Below are positions 46,484 through 56,659 of a DNA stretch of 64,000 bases, piece by piece. A program made the translations under genes and the position numbers. Under the pieces are notes generated by a model. The model did no database searches. It saw only the letters and a program-made list of their open reading frames with translations, and was not told the DNA's origin. The DNA is taken from the IMG/VR virus record IMGVR_UViG_3300036982_000556, positions 3,498 to 67,497 of that record, one strand, 5' to 3'. The number at the start of each line of letters is the position of its first letter. The first letter of the stretch is position 1. Source of the stretch: a virus (Duplodnaviria > Caudoviricetes).

Positions 46484-46552
46484 AGACTTATCATAGCACG
46501 ATCTACTACAGGTTGCGCAAGTCAATAGCAAACAATTCTTCAGATTCTTTTT
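46474..46552 (-). promoter_or_regulatory. Repeated promoter with leaderless start
   Basis: AAAAAGAATCTGAAGAA...ATTGACTTGCG...GTAGTAGATCGTGC-TATGAT-ATG. Confidence 0.75.
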
Positions 46553-46920
46553 CGACCCCAACCAGACGGCAACTCACCACGCCCCCGTTGAGCAGCAGTC
46601 TCAACCACATGACACCGATGACACAACACCTCAAGATTCCCCAAGTGATGAAAGCAAGACTCAGTACGCGCACGCCCCGCCAACGGCACAACATGATTCA
46701 CCTCCAACCCAATACCAGAACCACACCGCACACAACGCCCATCCCTGCCCAGCGCGGCGGCGCGCGCGAACTTCCACACATGATTCCGTCTGAACTTCGA
46801 CATGCACAATCCGCTACACCAACGAGTTTGCCGTGGGGTCAACCAGCCGCCACACCAATCACAACCAGACTGAGACACCGCTCTTGGAGCGATCTTGCAC
46901 ACCCCAAGATCAACTCCCAT
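46540..46920 (-). CDS. HNH endonuclease
   Basis: RDGRCVRC...EVNHVVP...HHLGNLEVLCHRCH. Confidence 0.85.
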   Translation of the reverse strand: MGVDLGVCKIAPRAVSQSGCDWCGGWLTPRQTRWCSGLCMSKFRRNHVWKFARAAALGRDGRCVRCGSGIGLEVNHVVPLAGRARTESCFHHLGNLEVLCHRCHVVETAAQRGRGELPSGWGRKRI

Positions 46921-47987
46921 CAGAACAACGACGGCTGTTCAGGTTCAACCATAGGGCTGAGACAATGCGGAGAAGCCCACAAGCGTTCACGATGCTGTTG
47001 CCCCGTACCACTCGCCCCGTACCCACCCATCTCCCCCGTGTGCCACTCATGCTCAGTCCAGCCAAGATCGGCAAGCTCATCATCATGCTCAGACTCATAA
47101 CAAGCAAACACGATCCGGCGCTCAGGGTCAGAACCGTTCTCAACACACCACCGCTTCACATCATGCGCAACCGACAGATCATCAGTCGCGTATAAACCAT
47201 GTTCCCGCTTGGCGGTGTCGGCATATGGCGGATCAAGAAACACTCCAACAGCACCACGACCAGCTCTAACCTCTAGAGTCTTGGAAGCACCATCGGTCAC
47301 GAGGCGCGCCCAGTCGCCGTTCAGGATGCGAACATGGCGGAGTCGCGCTGACAGCCAATCAAACCATCGGAGCAACTCAGGCATCGTCTGAGGGTGAAAC
47401 ACGCCACCGCTAGAAACATCTGCTTCCCAAGTTGAAGGGGCAAGAAGCCCGCGGTCATTAGGCATGTTCACTATGCCTGCACTGACCCCTTGTTGGTCCC
47501 AACCTTCTGTCTTGCGGTCAATCTTCCTGAGCCTGCCGGTGTTGTCTGCGGTCCAAGGGCCTGCACCACCGAACGGGCCGATGCTGATGCAAACGCCCCA
47601 TAGCCACCAGCCTGCCATCTTGGGGTCGCACCATTCAGCAGTGCCACCTAGCTTGGCTGGAAGGCCATCTTCACGCCAGCGCACAAGGGCAATCTGGCGT
47701 GCGTTGCGGTCTGTTTCTGTCACCGGCCACGATGCGTGTTCTGCGGTTGCTTGCGGGTGCCACTGTATTGCCCGCCAAGCGTTCACGATTAGACCATCAA
47801 GGTCATTCACAGTTTCAGCCCGGCCTGTGTTGGCCCGGTGGGGGCGATTCAACAACACTGCTAGAGAACCGGCGAATGGTTCGACGTAATGGGCGACATC
47901 ACCAAGCAGTTCCCAAACCAGCGGTGCAGCTTTCGATTTGCCACCGAACCACGGGAACGGTGCTTTCTGAAGATTCTTGAGTGTCAT
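46920..47987 (-). CDS. DNA adenine methyltransferase (Dam/D12-like), copy 1
   Basis: FPWFGGKS, YVEPFAGS, ETVNDLD, FLDPPY. Confidence 0.9.
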   Translation of the reverse strand: MTLKNLQKAPFPWFGGKSKAAPLVWELLGDVAHYVEPFAGSLAVLLNRPHRANTGRAETVNDLDGLIVNAWRAIQWHPQATAEHASWPVTETDRNARQIALVRWREDGLPAKLGGTAEWCDPKMAGWWLWGVCISIGPFGGAGPWTADNTGRLRKIDRKTEGWDQQGVSAGIVNMPNDRGLLAPSTWEADVSSGGVFHPQTMPELLRWFDWLSARLRHVRILNGDWARLVTDGASKTLEVRAGRGAVGVFLDPPYADTAKREHGLYATDDLSVAHDVKRWCVENGSDPERRIVFACYESEHDDELADLGWTEHEWHTGEMGGYGASGTGQQHRERLWASPHCLSPMVEPEQPSLF

Positions 47988-49093
47988 GCGAACAAGTCCC
48001 CTTGGACGGTGGCGGGTGGTTTGTTATCCGCAGGGTTCAAGCAGTGTGGTGAGGCCCACAACCGTTCCCGATCCTGCTGATGCCCGCTACCGTCTTGGCT
48101 TTGCTGAGAATACCCGCCTTGTAGATAGCCGGTTGTGAACCATTCGTGAGATGTCCACCCGAGGTCGGCTAGTTCGTTGTCATGTTCACCGTCGTAGCCT
48201 GCCAAAACAATCCTACGGTCCGGGTCATCACCGTATTCAGCGCACCACGCTTTGACTTTATGGGCCACCTCAAAATCATCAAACCCGTAGAGTCCTGTAC
48301 TGCGTTCCGCTGTGTCTGCGTAGGGCGGGTCAAGGAAAATACCTGCGTGACCGCCGCCCATGCGGACGTTGAGAGTTTTGGATGCACCGTCAGTCACAAG
48401 CCTCGCCCAATCTCCGTTCAGGATACGAACATGGCGCAACCTAGCGGAGAGCCATTGAAACCAGCGGACCAGTTCGGGCATGGTGTGCGGGTGAAACTCG
48501 TTGCCCGGTTGGTCTGACAGCACGCCGGGTTCACAATTAGACGAACGGTTCACACCTCTGCCATTGCTGAGATGTGGGCGGTCGCGTTTCACACCCGGTT
48601 CACCATACCCTTCAGCTTTGCGGTCGATCTTGACAATCATCCCGTTTTCGTCAGCGGTCCACGGTCCGCCTCTTACGAACGCCCCGATCTGAATGCACAC
48701 GCCCCACAACCACCAACCCGCCATCTTAGGGTCACACCATTCAGCAGAACCACCAAGCTTTGCTACAAGGTTATCTTCACGCCAGCGGGTGAGTGCTAGT
48801 TCTCTAGCCATTTTGTCTAGTTCGCTTACAGGCCACGATGCGTGTTCTGCTGTTTCTTCCGGGTGCCATTGAATCGCTCTCCACGCGTTTACGATCAGGC
48901 CGTCAAGGTCGTTGACAGTTTCAGCCCGACCTGTGTTCACAGGGTGCGGCCTGTTCAACAGCACAGCCAACGAACCGGCGAACGGTTCAACGTAATGTTC
49001 AACATCCCCTAATAGTTCCCACACAAGCGGTGCAGCCTTGGACTTCCCGCCGAACCACGGAAACGGTGCCTTCGACAAATTCTTCAAGGTCAT
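47984..49093 (-). CDS. DNA adenine methyltransferase (Dam/D12-like), copy 2
   Basis: Same motifs; tandem paralog. Confidence 0.9.
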   Translation of the reverse strand: MTLKNLSKAPFPWFGGKSKAAPLVWELLGDVEHYVEPFAGSLAVLLNRPHPVNTGRAETVNDLDGLIVNAWRAIQWHPEETAEHASWPVSELDKMARELALTRWREDNLVAKLGGSAEWCDPKMAGWWLWGVCIQIGAFVRGGPWTADENGMIVKIDRKAEGYGEPGVKRDRPHLSNGRGVNRSSNCEPGVLSDQPGNEFHPHTMPELVRWFQWLSARLRHVRILNGDWARLVTDGASKTLNVRMGGGHAGIFLDPPYADTAERSTGLYGFDDFEVAHKVKAWCAEYGDDPDRRIVLAGYDGEHDNELADLGWTSHEWFTTGYLQGGYSQQSQDGSGHQQDRERLWASPHCLNPADNKPPATVQGDLFA

Positions 49094-49241
49094 CAGTCAA
49101 CAACTTCTGCCTTAGCGCACTGCGGACAATGAGCAGCGCACCACCACTGCTCACCATCTTTAGTGTTGTAAGTATCGTGATCGACACCCGGCAACACACC
49201 CGCACCACACTCAGCACAATGTTCTAACTGGATCGGTTCAT

Positions 49242-49583
49242 TCACGCGTTCATCCGAGATGAAATGAAACCAGCGCCACCGGCGACAGCGAACGCACTGA
49301 TCCAACCGTCAACTCCAAGTTGCCACGGCCACGCACGAAACCAGACACAAACCAGAATCCAAGAAACGTGCATACCGAGACACCACACACAAGTCAACAA
49401 GTCGCCAATGAAGCCGGTCGCCCAGTTGCGGTTGCTTCCGTCGGGGTTGTAACAGAATGTGTCTAGTCGTTGTGACATCTTCGATTCGGATTCCAAGCTG
49501 AAACCGATGAGTGAGTCACGGACAAAGAAACGTGTGATCCGGTACGCGGCGAGGATCAGCCCTGCGTAGACAAGGGCGCTCAT
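49242..49583 (-). CDS. DUF1360-like membrane protein
   Basis: AAYRITRFF..DS...LLTCVWCLG. Confidence 0.75.
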   Translation of the reverse strand: MSALVYAGLILAAYRITRFFVRDSLIGFSLESESKMSQRLDTFCYNPDGSNRNWATGFIGDLLTCVWCLGMHVSWILVCVWFRAWPWQLGVDGWISAFAVAGGAGFISSRMNA

Positions 49584-49918
49584 AGTGCGACCGGGCTGTT
49601 GTCATTCATGTTGACAGGCGTGATGATTCCGGCTTCGACAAGAACAGCAATGTTTTCCGCTTTGATCTTCTTGCCGCCTCGGGGGACTTTGACTTCTGCC
49701 TTGGCTTCGCCTCGGAGACTGTCGGGGAGTCGTCCGGTGGATGCAGCCCAATCGACAATCGTCTGACGGTCCCATGCTCGGATGCCGTTGATCGACGCGT
49801 AGTCAGGGACGGGGAGAAGGCGGCGGTAGTGCCATGCGTGTGGGGTGCGTCCGTCTACTTCTAGCAGCGGGCCGATTTCTTTGAGTCCGACGATGGGTTG
49901 CTCTTGTGGTGTTGACAT
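49580..49918 (-). CDS. AlpA/excisionase-like winged HTH protein
   Basis: IVGLKEIGPLL...LPVPD...RAWDRQTIVDWA. Confidence 0.7.
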   Translation of the reverse strand: MSTPQEQPIVGLKEIGPLLEVDGRTPHAWHYRRLLPVPDYASINGIRAWDRQTIVDWAASTGRLPDSLRGEAKAEVKVPRGGKKIKAENIAVLVEAGIITPVNMNDNSPVAL

Positions 49919-49980
49919 ATTTTCTTCCTGTTGGTGGTAGCGGGTGCTACTCCCGTGGATCATATCACTACATGTGGTCG

Positions 49981-50068
49981 AAAAGAAATCTGAAGAAATC
50001 TTCGATATGAGACATTATTGACTTGATAATGTCCTAGAGGTGCTGTATCCTTATCTACATGACATCGA
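49981..50068 (+). promoter_or_regulatory. Repeated promoter with leaderless start
   Basis: TTGATA-17-TATCCT-7-ATGACATCGA. Confidence 0.8.
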
Positions 50069-50758
50069 CACGGACCACAGAACAACTCCAAGACCTGATG
50101 CAGAGCCAAACAAGCCTGCTCTTGGTACACACCCTTGACTTTCAGGCTTTAGGCCGGTCCTCCGATCTGGATTGGTTGACCTTCCTACTAGATGACATCC
50201 GCAACCTCATGCGAAATGAAGGTGCGGTAGCAACCACCTCACAAGCACGCTACCTGCGTGACGCAAGACGAGCAGTAAGGAACGCAGCATGAACACCACA
50301 CACGGCAGAATCACCCTCACAGAAACACCCTACGATTCGTTCAGGGTAGAGGTAGACGGGCGCACCGTCTGCGAAACGCGAGACCACACCGAGGCACGCC
50401 GGATTGCCAACTTCTGTTTCAAGCAGAAGACCACCCCCGCCGCAGACATCATCGCCTCATACGTTGTGAGCAAAACACGCGACCTTGAAAACGCTTGGGG
50501 AATAGTCAACCAACTGCTCGGCATGTGCGCAGACGGATGTTGCGGCGGACACGAAATGTACGAGCATGACTCACCCGAGTTGGCTGAATGGGCAGCATGG
50601 TCACTAGCCCTCACAACCGCCCTCAAAGCCCAACTCAAAGGAATAGCAGCATGATCGCAGCAGCAAACTCATGGGGAGCGATAGAAGCAATCGGCTTCTG
50701 GTTCTACCTCATCGGAGCAGCAGCAGGCATCGCCTATCTGTTAGGCCCAAAAAGCTAA
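50059..50758 (+). CDS. Three-gene antisense island (50059-50292, 50289-50654, 50651-50758)
   Basis: ATGA-coupled; the last ORF is a single-TM peptide. Confidence 0.7.
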
Positions 50759-50829
50759 AAGGGAGCCGCCACAGTGCGACCCCCAATAGCTTGCAGAACG
50801 GACAACCAGCGCCGCCCAGCGGAACCTCG

Positions 50830-51624
50830 TTACGCTGAAGTCAGCGAAGAAGGAACGTAAGCACAATCGTCGATGCCTTCAGGCAGCGAGTCAACACAAC
50901 GCCATGCCACAGGGCCACCGGCCTGAATCGCAGACTGATCGGCCAACGACCACTCATCAGCAGAAATACCGAACGGCAGAACCGTAGGCGCAGGCCCAGT
51001 GGGATGACCGACAGGATCGCCGGAACCCGGCACCCATGAAGGGAAAGTTGCGCCCGGCATAGATGGGAAGAAGCAAGGGTTGTTCTGAGCGTAACCAGAA
51101 AGGGTCAACTCAAGCGCACCAATCGTGTAATTCAACCCACCGGAAAGTTCCCAATTCTTTGTGAGCGGAAATACCCAGTGAATGTACTGCGAGGAGTTCA
51201 CACCATCAACAGCACACGAGTTGCCTGCGTTCTGCGACCACAGTTCCAGAAGCTTCGACTCGGTACAAGGATCATCAAGCGAGTTACGCATCGCGGCACC
51301 GAGGAAGTTGCCCTCAGCGTCGGAAAGGAGTGTCGCGTTGATAAGCATTTCGATCATCGGGAGCGGGATACCGCAAAGCTTCAACTCAACCTCAAAACCC
51401 TTGAGCCGGTTGCAGTCCTTGTTACGGATACAGATTTCGCCGTTCCCGTTCTTAGTCGTGATGTCCTCGCCGTCCTCAACGTCCGGGGACATGTTCAACT
51501 CCATGAACCCTGACGACAGCACACGGCTGTTCGGGGTTAGGGGGTCAAGCACAACATCGTTTGCGTCCTGTCGGGTGACACGAATCGCACACGCCTTGAT
51601 TGACTTTGGGCAACAAATCGTCAT
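50830..51624 (-). CDS. Major tail (tube) protein, paralog 1
   Basis: IRVTRQD...GFMEL...EDGEDITTKNGNGEIC...LKLCG...YIHWVFP. Confidence 0.75.
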   Translation of the reverse strand: MTICCPKSIKACAIRVTRQDANDVVLDPLTPNSRVLSSGFMELNMSPDVEDGEDITTKNGNGEICIRNKDCNRLKGFEVELKLCGIPLPMIEMLINATLLSDAEGNFLGAAMRNSLDDPCTESKLLELWSQNAGNSCAVDGVNSSQYIHWVFPLTKNWELSGGLNYTIGALELTLSGYAQNNPCFFPSMPGATFPSWVPGSGDPVGHPTGPAPTVLPFGISADEWSLADQSAIQAGGPVAWRCVDSLPEGIDDCAYVPSSLTSA

Positions 51625-51688
51625 TACTGACCCTCCATATGGATCGACTTTGATGGACTCTAACTCAGCCTAAGCGGTTCGTGAAGGA

Positions 51689-52204
51689 TTAGGCGGACAG
51701 TGTTGCTAGTAAACCCTTGCGCGCTTTGCCTTTGCGTTCAGACTTCAACGCCTTAGCCTTACGCACAGAGTCCGTACCAACCCACTCAAGCACCTCAGCA
51801 ACCGTCAGATCAGCAGCGTCGAAAGCCTCAACCTCAACCACAGCTTCAGGTTCAACAACCGGAGTCTCAACCTCAACTTGAGGTTCAGGCTCAACAACCG
51901 GGGCGGGCGGACGCTGGGCGGGCGGCGGCGCTTGTTCCCCGACCACGTTTCTTACGTTCCAAGGCTGACCACCACGAGTTGTCTTCACATCATCTCCAAA
52001 CAGTAATCCGTGTTCCTCAGTTGAAACACTGAACCCATCAACAAAATCTGCGACCACGTTAGCCACGGTGTTACCCGGAACTTTCACAGTTGCTTTCGGA
52101 AGTCTAAACCGAACAAAGTGGCCTGTCATGTTTATCAACTTGCAATACGCCTGACCGTCCAACACGATCACATCAGCGCGCACAGAAGGAAGCTTCGCTG
52201 TCAT
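51689..52204 (-). CDS. Structural-region protein with short C-terminal helical module
   Basis: LTVAEVLEWVG...ALKSERKGKARKGLL C-terminus. Confidence 0.65.
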   Translation of the reverse strand: MTAKLPSVRADVIVLDGQAYCKLINMTGHFVRFRLPKATVKVPGNTVANVVADFVDGFSVSTEEHGLLFGDDVKTTRGGQPWNVRNVVGEQAPPPAQRPPAPVVEPEPQVEVETPVVEPEAVVEVEAFDAADLTVAEVLEWVGTDSVRKAKALKSERKGKARKGLLATLSA

Positions 52205-53112
52205 ACACCAACCCAATAGTTCACAGCATCAACAGGCATCTGAAACCCGACAGGCTCAGACATCATCAACATCGGTTCATCCTGAGGAACAGGCGAACAA
52301 TCGTCTAGGACACCCGGCAACGAATCAACACACTTGTATGCAAGCGCCCCGCCCAGTCTAATCTGCTCCATGTCGGCCACGGTCCACGAATCGGCCACGA
52401 CACCCGACGGCAAAACGCAAGGAGCGGGACCGCCGACAAACGGCTCAAAATCCTGATAAGACGGAAAGACCGGACCGGGCATCGACGGATAAAACATCGG
52501 ATTCTTCTTCGCATAACCAGATAGCGAAAGTTCAGCAGCACCAATATTGAAGTTCAACCCGCCAGACATCGCCCACCGATCTGTGAACGGCAACACCCAA
52601 TGAATGTAACCGCCAAGCGTATTCCCCGCAGCATCACAAGTCGTCGCAGCGTTCTTTGTCCACAGGTCAACCATGAACCCGACACAAGCCCCGCCGTTTT
52701 CCATGTCGTTATTGAACGTATGCCCGACAACAGTTGTATCGCCGCAGAAGTTATCAAGCAAATTGTTTCCGGCAGAAATACCATCTAACAACTTGGTTGC
52801 AATCGTCGGCATCCCACACAGCTTCAGTTCAAGACTAAAACCTTTCATCTGATCGGGTGGCCGATGAATTACACCAATGCTATTAGCGGCAGGGTTCATC
52901 ATCAGCGTTTCGTTACCCGACTCGTAATCCGGTGAAAGTGTCAACTCGGAAAATCCGCTCATCTGCCAACGAGTAAACGGTGTTGTTGGAGCAGGAGGAA
53001 ACGGGATCAACGGGTCGCCCGACAAGTACGACCCGTAAAACAAATCAAGCGGAGTGATGCGAATAGCAAGCGCTTTGATTGACTTAGGACAGCAATCGAA
53101 TAAGACCGCCAC
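52201..53112 (-). CDS. Major tail (tube) protein, paralog 2
   Basis: Aligns end to end with 50830-51624. Confidence 0.7.
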   Translation of the reverse strand: MAVLFDCCPKSIKALAIRITPLDLFYGSYLSGDPLIPFPPAPTTPFTRWQMSGFSELTLSPDYESGNETLMMNPAANSIGVIHRPPDQMKGFSLELKLCGMPTIATKLLDGISAGNNLLDNFCGDTTVVGHTFNNDMENGGACVGFMVDLWTKNAATTCDAAGNTLGGYIHWVLPFTDRWAMSGGLNFNIGAAELSLSGYAKKNPMFYPSMPGPVFPSYQDFEPFVGGPAPCVLPSGVVADSWTVADMEQIRLGGALAYKCVDSLPGVLDDCSPVPQDEPMLMMSEPVGFQMPVDAVNYWVGV

Positions 53113-53114
53113 GA

Positions 53115-54365
53115 TCAGGTCAGCGCTTCCTCGAAGTCAACCAGAACGGCAAACATGCAGCACCCGTCAGGGTTCACCGCAGCAGTACGCTCACCCCGGT
53201 ACGTTATCGTGTTCGTCGCCCGGTCTAGTGCCTCAGCTATTGTCTCAGGGTAAATCATCGGCTCGCCTAAGCGGACATCGACCATGCCTGTTGCGTAGAC
53301 CCATGCTTCCGTAGCAGCCTCAGTAGTGTCAGACGCAGCGAACGGTCCGACGAGCGGATCATAACCAGCGCCCGCAACAACAATGTCGCCGCGTGAACGA
53401 GTCAACAAACGACAATCCTCATCGTTATCGCAACCGGAGTCATCGTCGATCAAGTACCACTGAGCCATCCTCTGAACGACTACAGGAGGAGCATGAATCA
53501 TTCCTCGGCTACCCGTCGCGCAACTCGCAAGCGCCTGCTCAAGCAACGCTAAACCAAGAGCTACGTTGACGGCCACAGGAGCGGCCCAGCCGCCGGGGTT
53601 CACGATGTTCGCAGCAGGAGTCCACCATCGCAGGTTGATATTCGCGACGTTCAGTTCGCCCGTCCAGAACTCTCGTTCAACCGCTTTGCCTGTACCGGCA
53701 GCAAGTTGCCGCAACGCCTTGCCCCGATAATCGTTTGCTTCATAACCCCACGACGAACAGGTGTAAGGCACTTCAACAACAAACGGTTGATACTGCAAAG
53801 GTGACTGATCGCCGTCGTAATCCTTCTTGACATCCGGCGGAGACAACTCGGGGACACCGGGAATCTGAAGCGGAACAATGATGATTCCCGTACCACCCGA
53901 CAAGTCAATGTCTGTCGGTGTTGGACCCAAAAATGGGCTATCAGTATTGTTCAAGTTCAAGGTAATAACGAATGAGAGAGCTAGACCCGACACAGGGTCA
54001 ATCCCGCTCGGCCCGCCAAACACCTCATACTGACTAGGGGGCCAACCGGACTGCTCCAACGCAGCGCCCACCTCATCAGCCGTCGCGTTCCAATTCATCG
54101 GATCAGAAATACTCCCACCGGGGTTGCCGGTGTTATCCCAATCCCAAGTCCCCGCCTCAGCGTTGATCTCCAACGTGATAATGAACACGCTGTCAGCACC
54201 ACACGGAATCCAAACCTCAGACATAATGCAATTCTCAGGCTGGAAAACAAAGCCGCCTTCCCACCTCGAATCAGGCTCAACCACAACTTTCGCAGACTCC
54301 AACAACCCATGCCTTGCCCGCTCAGTAGCAGGTGGCCGGACAACAGCTTCAGGTGAAATACCCAC
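53115..54365 (-). CDS. Capsid-associated / minor head protein with inserted domain
   Basis: HGLL.SA...RWEGG...PFVVE...A...KAVEREFWTG pattern; position downstream of MCP. Confidence 0.55.
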   Translation of the reverse strand: MGISPEAVVRPPATERARHGLLESAKVVVEPDSRWEGGFVFQPENCIMSEVWIPCGADSVFIITLEINAEAGTWDWDNTGNPGGSISDPMNWNATADEVGAALEQSGWPPSQYEVFGGPSGIDPVSGLALSFVITLNLNNTDSPFLGPTPTDIDLSGGTGIIIVPLQIPGVPELSPPDVKKDYDGDQSPLQYQPFVVEVPYTCSSWGYEANDYRGKALRQLAAGTGKAVEREFWTGELNVANINLRWWTPAANIVNPGGWAAPVAVNVALGLALLEQALASCATGSRGMIHAPPVVVQRMAQWYLIDDDSGCDNDEDCRLLTRSRGDIVVAGAGYDPLVGPFAASDTTEAATEAWVYATGMVDVRLGEPMIYPETIAEALDRATNTITYRGERTAAVNPDGCCMFAVLVDFEEALT

Positions 54366-54440
54366 AGGACAAACTCCTACTCAGAGAACAGACCTCAACA
54401 CTAGCCTGTCAAACGACAACAGTATGGGAGAGCAAACCCG

Positions 54441-55028
54441 TTACGCCCCGTGCGAGTTAGCCCAATGATGAGCGCCGAACGTACCCGGATGAACCGTATG
54501 ATCCTCGCCTCGCCGGTGTTTCTCGTTCCACAGATACGGGGAAAAGGAACGCGGCGGCAGCAACAACACATCTGCTTTATCTCTGAACAAGTCGTTCACA
54601 ACTTTTGGACCCGAATGCAAAGCGCCTAACGGCAGACGTTCAATCGCCAGAGCGATAGCTTCACGGACCAGCGGATGACCAGCAACAGAACCCAACACAG
54701 CATCATTCAACGACCACGGTGATTCCCAAGTAGCAAACAGATCGTAAGAACGCAAGCTGTCTAGTGGCCTGAACACCTCAACATCGGAATCCAAATAGAT
54801 TCCACCCCAATGCCACAGTGCTTCCAACCGGATCAGTCCCGCCATCTGAGCGCCAGACTTGCAAGCCGCCCAGTGTGGCGAAGTCAGCGGGAACTTATCT
54901 CGGTCCACCGGGTCACGCCATGTTGTGTAGTCCCAATGCGGATGCAACTCGCACGCCCCCCGCCAAAACCCCTCAGCCTCATCAGAAGCCACCGTCGGAA
55001 TAGTGCGGATTAGCCGTGCAGGAATCAT
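54441..55028 (-). CDS. Glycosyltransferase, GT32/DXD-like
   Basis: IRLEALWHWGGIYLDSDVE...HHWANS. Confidence 0.85.
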   Translation of the reverse strand: MIPARLIRTIPTVASDEAEGFWRGACELHPHWDYTTWRDPVDRDKFPLTSPHWAACKSGAQMAGLIRLEALWHWGGIYLDSDVEVFRPLDSLRSYDLFATWESPWSLNDAVLGSVAGHPLVREAIALAIERLPLGALHSGPKVVNDLFRDKADVLLLPPRSFSPYLWNEKHRRGEDHTVHPGTFGAHHWANSHGA

Positions 55029-55627
55029 CGTTCAGCAATCAACTTTCGCATCGCAGCAGGTTTATCAACCGCCTGCCAATATCTATTCACAAGATCACGA
55101 CTCGGTTGAGCGCACACCCTCGCAGCATCACAATGCCACAAAGAAACAGCCAACCCCGGATGCCTCACCAAACCAGACAAACAAGTTGCAACCGCAACCA
55201 ACTGATCGTCGTCACCGCCCCAGCCCATGAACCGTTCGTCTTGCCCGCCTATCGCATCCCAACCTGTTGGGGTCACAACATGAACTCCGCCGTTAGCAAG
55301 CCCCGGCGGTGAGTCCGTTCCCGCGTAGATGCACTGAGTGAACGGAATATGCAACTTGTGATCGTCAGCGTTAGAGATAGCAGCAGCCAAACCAGTCGGC
55401 GGTGGAAGCGTGTCAGCATCGGAGATGACGACAACATCAGCGCTAAGCCCTTTCGCAATCTCCACCGCAGCGTTACGACACGCCCCGAGGTTGAACACCT
55501 CGTGGCCCGTATCGACCTCAACGATCTTCGCTCCGGGGACATGCACCTCATACCACGCCCGTGTGACAGCGTAAGCGGCCACACGAGCGTCCTTAGCCCG
55601 CCAAGGGAACATCACCGCAACATTCAT
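55025..55627 (-). CDS. Glycosyltransferase, GT2/galactosyltransferase-like
   Basis: FNLGACRN, ISDAD, GGQDERFMGWGGDD. Confidence 0.8.
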   Translation of the reverse strand: MNVAVMFPWRAKDARVAAYAVTRAWYEVHVPGAKIVEVDTGHEVFNLGACRNAAVEIAKGLSADVVVISDADTLPPPTGLAAAISNADDHKLHIPFTQCIYAGTDSPPGLANGGVHVVTPTGWDAIGGQDERFMGWGGDDDQLVAVATCLSGLVRHPGLAVSLWHCDAARVCAQPSRDLVNRYWQAVDKPAAMRKLIAER

Positions 55628-56568
55628 CGTCTAAGCCCCTCAATAGCCTTCACAAAGCGCACAGCGCCCTCATATGGGTCTAACTCAGCAACCCGTGCCA
55701 ATGACCTAGCAGACGCAGCGGCCCACTCTACGGGGTCTAGGAGCCTTCTCAGTTCAGACATCCAACCCTTGAAATTGTTATCCGCAACAAAAATGCCTGC
55801 GTCGCCCAGCGATTCAAGCAAACCCGGAGTCGGAGAAGCCATCACCGGAATACCAGAACACATCGCCTCAACCCCAACCATTCCCCAAGTCTCAGCCTTA
55901 GAAGGAATCAACAACACCCTCGTCCGCGAATACACATCGCCTCGCATATCCTGCGTAGGAGCAAGCCTCTCCACGTTCTGACCAACAATGTCACGCTGTT
56001 TCCCATACCCGCCACGAACAGCAAGAAAGCCAACATCAGGCATAAACCGGACAAGCTTCTGAAACATCTGACCACCCTTCGGATCAGACTGATTCACCTG
56101 AGTAACCAACTCGCCCGGTGTAGTCGCGAAATCCTGCCGATCAAAAATCGGGTTCACAACAATATGCGGACAACGATGACGCGCAGTAGCGGCAGACGAC
56201 TCAGAGTTGAACACCAACAGATCAGGCGGGTAAGCAGCCAACTGCCTCAACGCATCCTGCCCAATCAACCCATGCACCATCCGAACCGACGGCACACCGC
56301 GACCCAGTGCGGCACGGTGCGCGTGGCCGGGATCACCCATATGTGAGATGACCAGATCAGCGCCGCTAATAACTTCATCCATTCGCACAGCACCCGGCAC
56401 GACTCGAACGCTGTCAAGGACGTACTCGTCAACCGCATCGGTCATCATCGGGTTCGCCACGACATCATGCCCGGCAGCAACAAGCACCCTCAAACATTCA
56501 TGCGTTGAAAGCCACGACCCGACACGCGACCCCGGCGGGTAACACGGGGTGACAGCAGCAATCCTCAT
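55624..56568 (-). CDS. Glycosyltransferase, GT4-like
   Basis: LLIPSKAETWGMVGVEAMCSGIPV. Confidence 0.88.
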   Translation of the reverse strand: MRIAAVTPCYPPGSRVGSWLSTHECLRVLVAAGHDVVANPMMTDAVDEYVLDSVRVVPGAVRMDEVISGADLVISHMGDPGHAHRAALGRGVPSVRMVHGLIGQDALRQLAAYPPDLLVFNSESSAATARHRCPHIVVNPIFDRQDFATTPGELVTQVNQSDPKGGQMFQKLVRFMPDVGFLAVRGGYGKQRDIVGQNVERLAPTQDMRGDVYSRTRVLLIPSKAETWGMVGVEAMCSGIPVMASPTPGLLESLGDAGIFVADNNFKGWMSELRRLLDPVEWAAASARSLARVAELDPYEGAVRFVKAIEGLRR

Positions 56569-56659
56569 CTCGTCACCCTAACAAATAAACGTGATCGGAA
56601 AAGCAAGAAGCCCCCTGCACTAATAGCGGGTTGCTATTAGCCGGGGGCCACATCGTATC

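Noticed and set aside
49580-49918. Integration module
   Set aside because: An excisionase-like HTH is present, but no integrase or att-like site was recognised in the window.
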